A DNA stretch of 20,000 nt from an uncultured virus (IMG/VR IMGVR_UViG_3300023108_000018) (Duplodnaviria; Heunggongvirae; Uroviricota; Caudoviricetes). Both the position numbers and the translations under genes were made by a program. Position 1 is the first letter of the stretch; each line of letters opens with the position of its first letter. The notes under the pieces were generated by a model. That model did not search any database. It was not told the DNA's origin and saw only the letters and a list, made by a program, of their open reading frames with translations. The stretch lies in IMG/VR virus record IMGVR_UViG_3300023108_000018; one strand, written 5' to 3'. Of this stretch, positions 9,602-16,679 are shown piece by piece.

Positions 9602-10317
9602 TTCCTGCACGTTGGAACTCATCTCGTTTTGAGGGTAAACCCCTTGCAGAAATATGTGGTATACCTATGATTCATAGAGTATATAATCAATGTCTTCAAT
9701 GTGAATCGTTAGATAGAATAGTAGTCTTGACTGACGATGAACGAATCAATCAGTATTGTGCATCCAATGAAATTCCATGTGTTGTAATTGATGAACCATG
9801 CGAGACAGGAACAGACCGTTGTGCGAAAGCGATTGAACTCTTAGATGGAGATTACTTTGTAAATATCCAAGGTGACGAACCCCTAATCGACCCTTACACT
9901 ATTGACACTTTGGTTAGAACATTTTTAGAAAATCCTGATCACTGGATGGCAGGAAATGCGTATGTAAAAATGCATGACGATTTAAAACTGCATGATAAGA
10001 ATGTAGTTAAAGTTGTGTTCGATGTAACAGACAGTGCGTTGTTTTTTTCACGTTTACCTATCCCATATCCTAAAGGTGATATGGAACAATACTATCAACA
10101 GTTGGGTTTATACGTTTTTACACGTGAAAGTTTAGAACGATTCTCAGACTTAGAACGTCTTCCATTAGAAAGATCGGAAGAAATTGAAATGTTGCGTTTT
10201 TTAGAACATGACTATAAGGTGAGAATGGTAGAAGTAACAGATGTGGGACTGTCCGTAGACACCCCTCACGATTTAAAGGAAGTAGAGAGATACATTAATG
10301 ATATACAATATAACTAA
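9550..10317 (+). CDS. kdsB: 3-deoxy-manno-octulosonate cytidylyltransferase (CMP-Kdo synthetase)
   Basis: [58 protein letters not shown]...[39 protein letters not shown] cover the full KdsB signature set. Confidence 0.93.
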   Translation: [255 protein letters not shown]

Positions 10318-11134
10318 CCCTAATTATACAATTGATGAAGAGAATCTTGCAAGATTAAAAGAAGACTTTGAAAGAGTAAGTGAATATTCTAAACCAAAAC
10401 TTGTAAGATTGAATGATGCATTTCATCATTACAATCTAGTAGATGCTGATCATCCAACATTACACTTTGCAAAAGGTCTATTAGAACATGGACACAGAGA
10501 ACCCATACAAAAAGAAACGTTCATGGAAAAAATGAATGATCAAAAAGACAATGTGTTATTTCATGCAGTTAAGTGTATGTTTTTAATACATGAAGAATTA
10601 ATGAGAGGATTCTACTCACTTCCACAAGCTTATATAAATCATGACACTGGTAAATGGGTTGTACATCCAGGCTCGTTTCGTGTCAAAACACTTGTTCATA
10701 CAGGTAAATGGGAACAGAATTTTATTGTATGGGATGATAAAGATATTCTAGAAGAAGACCCCATTGATTTTGACACTTGGTGTGGACACTTCTTACATAA
10801 TGCAGAGTTTGAAAGAGACCTTCATGTTGCAGTAGAACCTCAAAATCATAGAGGTAAAAAAAGTCCTATTATAGAATTTCATGTTGGTGAAGATAGAGAA
10901 ATGATGTACGCTCTTGCTCACAAAGTACACAATCGATTTAAAGTGAAACCTTATCTAAAAGGAGAGTGTCATCCTGACTTAGAAATATATTTTAGTGATG
11001 ACCCCACTTCGAAGATACACGTTACGACTGCAGAGGGGTATGTTCTACAGGAACATGACCTAGTACACTTCCTAAATTTACATCCAACTATTAGAGATTT
11101 TAACACTGATAGAGTATTCATTTCATCGAATTAA
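10298..11134 (+). CDS. Hypothetical protein with a possible ParB/Srx-like N-terminal domain
   Basis: 278-aa ORF overlapping the kdsB end. GFYSLPQAYI...KWVVHPGSFRVKTL...G...FIVW loosely resembles the ParB/Srx (I)DG.HR segment. Confidence 0.55.
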   Translation: MIYNITNPNYTIDEENLARLKEDFERVSEYSKPKLVRLNDAFHHYNLVDADHPTLHFAKGLLEHGHREPIQKETFMEKMNDQKDNVLFHAVKCMFLIHEELMRGFYSLPQAYINHDTGKWVVHPGSFRVKTLVHTGKWEQNFIVWDDKDILEEDPIDFDTWCGHFLHNAEFERDLHVAVEPQNHRGKKSPIIEFHVGEDREMMYALAHKVHNRFKVKPYLKGECHPDLEIYFSDDPTSKIHVTTAEGYVLQEHDLVHFLNLHPTIRDFNTDRVFISSN

Positions 11135-11142
11135 TATAAATA
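11135..11142 (+). promoter_or_regulatory. T4 late promoter TATAAATA upstream of gp2
   Basis: Exact TATAAATA directly after the upstream stop and 7 nt before the gp2 ATG. Confidence 0.8.
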
Positions 11143-11149
11143 ATAGACG

Positions 11150-11731
11150 ATGGCAGGTCTATTTGAACAATTTGATGAACTTTTACCAGCAGAGATAGAA
11201 GAAAAATCTGCAGAAAGTATCGATTGGTTCAGAAAGAATCTCAGAACAATAAGATTAAGAGTTGATGAAGTGTCACGTTCACAAGGTGTCACTGTTCAAC
11301 CGTCTGAGATGAAGACAGGAGAGATGTTCTTATACTTGTATGATGCAAAACATAAAGAAACACTTCCATGGTACGACAAGTTTCCGTGCATGATTCTCTT
11401 AGAGAAGAATGCAAAGGGTTTTATGGGACTTAATCTACACTACATTGCACCTAGATTTCGTGCAAAGTTGTTAGATGAATTATACAAGATTAGTACAGAC
11501 GAAGAACTAGAAGAACGAACTAGATTCAGAATAACATACGAACTATTGAAGAAGATTACAGATTTAAAGTATGGTATTCCTTGTGTTAAGAAATATTTGT
11601 GGGGTCACGTAAACAGTCGTATTCAAAGAGTAGACCCTGAACATTGGGACGTAGTGAGTATGTTACCACTACAAAGATTTAACGAAAATGCAAACACAGT
11701 GTATGCAAACAGTAAGAGGTATTTTAACTAA
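11150..11731 (+). CDS. gp2: DNA end protector protein gp2
   Basis: SIDWFR...GEMFLYLYDAKHKETLPWYDKFP...GFMGLNLHYIAPRFRAKLLDEL...PCVKKYLWGHVNSR...W....LPLQRF. Confidence 0.95.
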   Translation: MAGLFEQFDELLPAEIEEKSAESIDWFRKNLRTIRLRVDEVSRSQGVTVQPSEMKTGEMFLYLYDAKHKETLPWYDKFPCMILLEKNAKGFMGLNLHYIAPRFRAKLLDELYKISTDEELEERTRFRITYELLKKITDLKYGIPCVKKYLWGHVNSRIQRVDPEHWDVVSMLPLQRFNENANTVYANSKRYFN

Positions 11732-12525
11732 TGGGATTATTCGACTTTAAAGACAATGCACTTGATCTAGATCAATTCAAATATCATTTCGATAATGGTG
11801 CAAGACCCAATAGATTTGAGGTTGACTTTCATGCACAAAAATTAGGATTAAGTTGGGAAGGTCTAAGAGTAGAATCATGTTCGTTGCCAGGCAGATCATT
11901 AGAAGCATCAGACTTCTCTGAGTACGGACAAATAAGAAAGATGCCATTTAATGTAAGTGATGGTGGAACCGTAGACTTTACATTCTTATGCGACTCATCT
12001 TTTGCAGATAGATTCTTACTAGAGGCATGGCAAAGTGCAATCTACAGTGGTAAAACAGGAAACTTAACTGAAGATGGAAGTGAAGCAGGAGAAAGTGGTG
12101 AAGATCAAGGCCCAACATTTGGGACTCAAGGAACAGCCGCAATCCCATACTTCTCTTACTATAATGATTACGTAGGAGAAGTCGATATCGTACAATTAAG
12201 ATTTAATGGAGAGTCAGCATTAAGATATAGACTCTTTGAAGCATACCCTATCGCATACGCACCCATGGAATTGAGTGCTCAAACTAGAGATGATGTTATG
12301 CGATTTACCGTCACAATGGCATATAGATTCTTCTCAACAGAATACGTTGCAGATAGAACTGCTGGCGGACTACTAAATAAAGGTAGAAAGATTTTAGACA
12401 TCATACTTGATGGTGCAAAACTAGGTAGTAGATTTAACTCTAATGCAGGTAAATTCTACGAAAGACTATCAAATCTTGATGAAAAATTAAGTAGGTTAGA
12501 TAATCTATCACGTGGTGGATTATAA
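11731..12525 (+). CDS. gp54: Baseplate tail-tube initiator gp54 (gp19-like fold)
   Basis: GARPNRFEV...ESCSLPGRSL...YG..RKMPF...TF..D....R..LEAWQ...YYNDYVGEVDIVQL...LFEAYPI....ELS......FTVTMAYR. Confidence 0.85.
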   Translation: MGLFDFKDNALDLDQFKYHFDNGARPNRFEVDFHAQKLGLSWEGLRVESCSLPGRSLEASDFSEYGQIRKMPFNVSDGGTVDFTFLCDSSFADRFLLEAWQSAIYSGKTGNLTEDGSEAGESGEDQGPTFGTQGTAAIPYFSYYNDYVGEVDIVQLRFNGESALRYRLFEAYPIAYAPMELSAQTRDDVMRFTVTMAYRFFSTEYVADRTAGGLLNKGRKILDIILDGAKLGSRFNSNAGKFYERLSNLDEKLSRLDNLSRGGL

Positions 12526-12553
12526 TTACTTTTAATAATGAGGAAATAATATT

Positions 12554-13261
12554 ATGGCATTACCAATTCAGAATACGCCTAAACATATCTGCGTATTACC
12601 ACACTCAGGAGAGGAAGTAGAATACAGACCTTTCTTGGTGAAGGAACAAAAGATACTTGTTTTAGCGAGAGAAAGTGAAAATAATGCAGAGATTTTCGGT
12701 GCAGTTAAAGAATTAATCGGAAACTGTACATTTGGAAAATTAAACGTTGATAAACTTGCATCTATCGACTTAGAATTTTTATTCTTGGCAATACGTGCAA
12801 AGTCAGTTGGTGAAACTGCAGACGTGACAATTAGTTGTCAAGAAGAAGAGTGTGCAGGTTCAGGACAAGCAACAGTAGGACTAAACGATGTAGAAGTCGT
12901 TGGGTCAGTACCTGAAGATAATAAAATCATGTTAAATGATACTACAGGTGTGACACTTAAAATGCCTACGGTTGCAGATATGAATAAGTATTCAGAAGTC
13001 CAAGACCAAGCTGACCAAGGACTTGCAATTTTAAAAACATGTCTTGACACAATTTTTGACCAAGAAAATGTTTATGAAGTTGCAGACACTGACCCTGAAG
13101 AGTTAGATGAGTTTATCGAAAGTTTAACACTGGGTCAAGTCGAAACAATCGGAAGATGGTTTGAAGACTTACCTAGATTACAGAAAGATGTACACTACCA
13201 GTGTGGTTTGTGTAATAAAGAACAGAGTAGGACACTCGTAGGACTACAAAGTTTTTTTTAA
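12554..13261 (+). CDS. gp26: Baseplate hub assembly protein gp26
   Basis: MALP...P...LPHSGEEVEYRPFLVKEQKILVLA...DLEFLFLAIRAKSVGE; C-x4-C and C-x2-C; ends GLQSFF. Upstream SD GAGG. Confidence 0.93.
   Translation: MALPIQNTPKHICVLPHSGEEVEYRPFLVKEQKILVLARESENNAEIFGAVKELIGNCTFGKLNVDKLASIDLEFLFLAIRAKSVGETADVTISCQEEECAGSGQATVGLNDVEVVGSVPEDNKIMLNDTTGVTLKMPTVADMNKYSEVQDQADQGLAILKTCLDTIFDQENVYEVADTDPEELDEFIESLTLGQVETIGRWFEDLPRLQKDVHYQCGLCNKEQSRTLVGLQSFF
13252..13258 (+). promoter_or_regulatory. Candidate -1 frameshift slippery heptamer U UUU UUU at the gp26/gp51 junction
   Basis: AGT TTT TTT TAA with a T8 run at 13252-13259, in X XXY YYZ register; the -1 frame is gp51. Confidence 0.7.
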
Positions 13262-13446
13262 TAGCTCTTTCTCATGAAACTTTGGTCAATTATTATGAGA
13301 CCAATTTTCAGATGATGCAACATCATAAGTACAGTCTTACAGAGTTGGACAATATGATGCCATGGGAAAGAGAGGTCTACATTAGACTCTTGATGAACTA
13401 TCTTGAAGAAGAGAAGTTGAGACAAGAGAATTCTCGTAGAAGGTAA
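13252..13446 (+). CDS. gp51: Baseplate hub assembly catalyst gp51 (open in the -1 frame relative to gp26; first ATG at 13312)
   Basis: Not in the ORF track. Manual translation FFLIALSHETLVNYYETNFQMMQHHKYSLTELDNMMPWEREVYIRLLMNYLEEEKLRQENSRRR* contains the gp51 signature (NYY.TNF..MQHHKYSLTELDNMMPWERE.Y). Confidence 0.9.
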   Translation, partial: FFLIALSHETLVNYYETNFQMMQHHKYSLTELDNMMPWEREVYIRLLMNYLEEEKLRQENSRRR

Positions 13447-13495
13447 ATTTTTATTATGTGTACGTGAGAAGTTTAATTAAAATTGAGGACACATA

Positions 13496-13888
13496 ATGGC
13501 AAAAGAAACAATAGAAGTTGGACGAAATGAAGTCGACATTGATCTAGACAAGTACACTAATCTAGTGTTAAAACTGGATGAGGCACAAGACAAGATCAAA
13601 GAGATGGAAAGAATGTCCAAAGAACTAAAGATCGCAGCCGCTGGTGCGAAACCACAAGAAAAGTTTACTTTTAGTGCATTGTTTATGGATGATAACACTA
13701 TCAATGAAAAATCAATCATTGGTTTTGCATCTTTCTTAATGATGCTTGCATTTGGTATCGTAGACCTAGTGACTGGATTTTGGGGTCAGGACATTACTAT
13801 ATCTGACACTATCTACACTTCATTTGTAGTAGTAACCCTAGGTTCATTTGGTATTGCAGAAGCTGGTAAAGCATTCGGAAAACAGTAG
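13496..13888 (+). CDS. Small membrane protein (N-terminal coiled coil plus two TM helices; possibly holin-like)
   Basis: SD GAGG. Hydrophobic segments SIIGFASFLMMLAFGIVDLVTGFWG and IYTSFVVVTLGSFGIA. Confidence 0.7.
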   Translation: MAKETIEVGRNEVDIDLDKYTNLVLKLDEAQDKIKEMERMSKELKIAAAGAKPQEKFTFSALFMDDNTINEKSIIGFASFLMMLAFGIVDLVTGFWGQDITISDTIYTSFVVVTLGSFGIAEAGKAFGKQ

Positions 13889-13898
13889 GAACAAATAA

Positions 13899-15995
13899 AT
13901 GGCAGACGACAAACGACTAGAAGATTTAGTAATAGACCCTATTAAATCCTTAAAAAGAGTAGTTGGGGATTTTGCAGGCACTTTCAAAAGTGCAACTGAC
14001 CCAGTCGTCATGGCACAAAAAAGATTAACTGGATTTCAAGATCAACTTGCAAGTCTAAGTAATCAATACAAGTCACAACAAGCAGAGAATGCACAAGCGC
14101 ATCAAGAGATGTTAGCAAGTATGAATCTCTCTACCCAAGAACGTGCAGATGTAGAACGGAAGTATCAAGAATCAGTTCAAGAAGCAAGAGAATTGCAAGA
14201 TAAGAATGTAAAATATTTGGAAGACATTATTAAGTCTGAAGAAGAGATTGTTAATAACTTTAAAGAACTTGCAACAGAATCAGGTGGTCTTAGTCGTTTA
14301 TCTGCAGGTGCAAATAAACTTAATGATGGTATCAAAGGATTATCTTTTGGTTTAGTCGACCTTGGTTCTAATACAGGTAAACTCACTGGATTCTTCCAAG
14401 GTTTACAAGATGCAGCTTCAGGTTTAACTACAATCGTTTTTGGTGCAGTTGAAGCATTAACTGCACTAGTCGGTCTTGGAATATTAAAAGAAGACACTGT
14501 TGATAAAATCAAAGATGGTATCTCAGGATTCTTCAGTAACTTTAGTAATATGGGAGAAGGATTCCGTGAAAAAGGACAGGGATTCTTAGATGGTCTTTTC
14601 GGTAAAAAGAAAATTGATAAAGGTGGAAGAGTTAGAGATAAAAAAGGTTTTGCAAAAGGTGACAAAGAAGGTGTTGGTGCAGGTGCAAGTGTATTTACTG
14701 CGTTAACAAATCCAATGGAAGGGTTTAAGAAATCCTTCTTGGGTATATTTGGTAAAAAAGGTATCTTTTCAAAAATATTTACAACACTTAAAGCTGCTGG
14801 TGCCGCATTCCTAGTCGGTGCAAAACGTTTACTTATGGCTGCACTTACATTCGCAGCTTCGACACTCATTACACTTGGTGGTATGTTACTCGCTGCTACA
14901 CCATTCATCCTAATCGGTATCGCAGCCGCAGCTCTTGTTGTACTCGCATATCAAGTATTAAAGAAATTTGATGAACAGTTCCCTTGGTTCTTTGATACAC
15001 TTGCATGGTTCTTTGGTAAGATATACGAGTTCGGTAAAGTTATTGTAGGTAGTATATGGGGAGGACTTGAGTCAACCTTTAACTTTATTACTTCACTCTT
15101 TGAGTTTGATGAGGATACTAATTTATTCAAACGATTGATAGACATTGTAATGTTACCTCTCAACATGGCGATTAATTTCATATTAGGAATCTTTGGATGG
15201 GATGACCCTGATGAACCATTTACATTTACTGGGTTTCTATGGAAAATAGTAACAGGTGCATGGGATTGGATTAAGAGTATCTTTGGATTTGCAAAAGAAG
15301 GAATGGAAGAGAGTGGTGGTCTCATGTCATGGTTAGGTGGTATCGCTGGACGTGTATGGGATTGGGTTAAGAGTAAGTTTGGATTCGCAAGAGAAAAGAT
15401 GATTGAGAATTCAGAAGGATTTATGTCATGGTTAAGTGGTATTGGTTCACGTGCATGGGATTGGATTAAGAGTAAGTTCGGTTTTGATAAAGAGAAGATG
15501 CAGGCAAATGCCGAGAAAATGAATGAAATGGTTCAGGCTGCATGGAACAAAGTTCAAGAGTGGTGGGGAAGTATGACCGACAAACTCAAAAATGCATGGA
15601 GTGACACTAAAGAATGGTTCGGTGACAAGTGGGATGCTGCAAAAGAATGGGGTTCAGACTTATTAGATGGAAAAGAAAAAGGTGGCCCAGTATCTGCAAA
15701 CACACCTTACATGGTTGGTGAAGCAGGCCCTGAAGTGTTTCAACCGTCTACAGGTGGACGAATTATTCCAAACGATTCATTAGGATTTACATCTGCATCG
15801 AATGTTGCATCAGCATTAGCAGATATGATAAGTGTGAGAGATTCTAATGCAAGTGGTGGTGGGACTAATGCAGTTTCCCAAGTGTTGAGTATGGATAATA
15901 CAAGTAATCAATCTTATAATTTTACATCAGGAAATAAGACTACAAGTAATGACGATGCTATACTACAAAAAACTGCAATGATTCAGTATAGTTAA
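13899..15995 (+). CDS. Tape-measure-like protein (gp29 positional equivalent)
   Basis: 698 aa: helical N-terminus, central hydrophobic segments, Trp-periodic repeats and a C-terminal GGPVSANTPYMVGEAGPEVFQP..GGRIIPN motif typical of tape measure proteins. Follows gp26/gp51. Confidence 0.8.
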   Translation: MADDKRLEDLVIDPIKSLKRVVGDFAGTFKSATDPVVMAQKRLTGFQDQLASLSNQYKSQQAENAQAHQEMLASMNLSTQERADVERKYQESVQEARELQDKNVKYLEDIIKSEEEIVNNFKELATESGGLSRLSAGANKLNDGIKGLSFGLVDLGSNTGKLTGFFQGLQDAASGLTTIVFGAVEALTALVGLGILKEDTVDKIKDGISGFFSNFSNMGEGFREKGQGFLDGLFGKKKIDKGGRVRDKKGFAKGDKEGVGAGASVFTALTNPMEGFKKSFLGIFGKKGIFSKIFTTLKAAGAAFLVGAKRLLMAALTFAASTLITLGGMLLAATPFILIGIAAAALVVLAYQVLKKFDEQFPWFFDTLAWFFGKIYEFGKVIVGSIWGGLESTFNFITSLFEFDEDTNLFKRLIDIVMLPLNMAINFILGIFGWDDPDEPFTFTGFLWKIVTGAWDWIKSIFGFAKEGMEESGGLMSWLGGIAGRVWDWVKSKFGFAREKMIENSEGFMSWLSGIGSRAWDWIKSKFGFDKEKMQANAEKMNEMVQAAWNKVQEWWGSMTDKLKNAWSDTKEWFGDKWDAAKEWGSDLLDGKEKGGPVSANTPYMVGEAGPEVFQPSTGGRIIPNDSLGFTSASNVASALADMISVRDSNASGGGTNAVSQVLSMDNTSNQSYNFTSGNKTTSNDDAILQKTAMIQYS
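15258..15500 (+). repeat. Three imperfect tandem repeats (96 and 99 nt period) within the tape-measure gene
   Basis: TGGGATTGG(A/G)TTAAGAGTA at 15261, 15357 and 15456, encoding (A/V)WDW(I/V)KS(I/K)FGF...MSWL.GI. Confidence 0.85.
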
Positions 15996-16219
15996 TTACC
16001 ATCCCAATTCAAATCAGTTAATTCACGTTGTTTATCTTTAAAGTCCTTGCGACTATATTTGGACTTGTCTCTGTGAACTTGAGTTTTACCATGCTCAGGG
16101 GTTTCCTTTCTAACTTTAACATCAACCTTTTTGCCAAAGATTTTATCAAAGTTATCCCTATAAGCTTCTTCGTTTGAATTCCGTCTCTTAGAACCTTTAC
16201 CGCCGTGCCAGTTAGACAT
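15992..16219 (-). CDS. Small basic hypothetical protein (75 aa)
   Basis: Starts 2 nt after the rpsU stop; its stop overlaps the tape-measure stop (TTAA). Contains GKGSKRR and VHRDKSKYSRK motifs. Confidence 0.75.
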   Translation of the reverse strand: MSNWHGGKGSKRRNSNEEAYRDNFDKIFGKKVDVKVRKETPEHGKTQVHRDKSKYSRKDFKDKQRELTDLNWDGN

Positions 16220-16221
16220 GA

Positions 16222-16455
16222 TTAAATCCTTCTGTAACCTTTCTGTTCTGCTCTCTTAGCGTCTAGTTTCTTTCTACGTTTGATTTGTTGATTTCTTTCG
16301 TTACGTTTTTCGTTAGGTTTAATATAATATTCCCTAGAACGAACTTCCTGTACTATTCCTGCACGATCACAGGCTTTCTTGAATCTACGTAACATCCTGT
16401 CGAAGGGCTCAACATTTTTTGATTTCGGATGTTTTTTTGGACTTACACTTGGCAT
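16222..16455 (-). CDS. rpsU: Ribosomal protein bS21
   Basis: MP...[36 protein letters not shown] aligns with proteobacterial bS21 ([32 protein letters not shown]). Confidence 0.95.
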   Translation of the reverse strand: MPSVSPKKHPKSKNVEPFDRMLRRFKKACDRAGIVQEVRSREYYIKPNEKRNERNQQIKRRKKLDAKRAEQKGYRRI

Positions 16456-16461
16456 AGTTAT

Positions 16462-16491
16462 ATTATATAAAAAAAGTTCCTACTTTGTCTA
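16462..16491 (-). promoter_or_regulatory. Sigma70-like promoter for rpsU: TAGACA-18 nt-TATAAT, 6 nt before the ATG
   Basis: -35 TAGACA at 16491-16486 and a perfect -10 TATAAT at 16467-16462; no SD between the -10 and the ATG. Confidence 0.7.
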
Positions 16492-16501
16492 GGTGGTTTT
16501 T

Positions 16502-16550
16502 AAAAAAAAGTGTGTATTCGCCCCTCGCCTTACAGCAACCCGCTATACAC
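16502..16550 (-). terminator. Possible intrinsic terminator closing the gp32 transcript/structured RNA
   Basis: Minus strand GTGTAT...ATACAC stem (large internal region) followed by AC and a U8 tract at 16509-16502. Confidence 0.5.
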
Positions 16551-16670
16551 CGATGAATCCGCTGTTACACCATTCACCTTTCCCTTACTGAGTACCCCCA
16601 TTTTTATCCACGGTCTCAGTGAGTATGGAAGACTATCACGGACACTCATAATATTATCTTCCATCCCCTA
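16502..16670 (-). ncRNA. Putative structured non-coding RNA of unknown family
   Basis: Non-coding and GC-richer than its surroundings, with four consecutive stems, possible loop-loop/pseudoknot pairings and a terminal U-tract. Confidence 0.55.
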
Positions 16671-16679
16671 AGTCAAGAC

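Noticed and set aside
12372..12379. ACTAAATA inside gp54 as a late promoter for gp26
   Set aside because: Two mismatches to TATAAATA and located within coding sequence; plausible but not supportable alone.
13252..13446. gp26/gp51 junction as a pseudogene or sequencing frameshift
   Set aside because: gp26 ends with the typical GL.SFF terminus and both reading frames look intact, so a programmed event or separate genes is more likely. Raw reads would settle it.
16502..16670. tmRNA, tRNA or CRISPR interpretation of the structured intergenic region
   Set aside because: It starts GGGGATG but has no T-arm (TTCRA) or CCA acceptor end, is too short for tmRNA, and shows no repeat-spacer periodicity.
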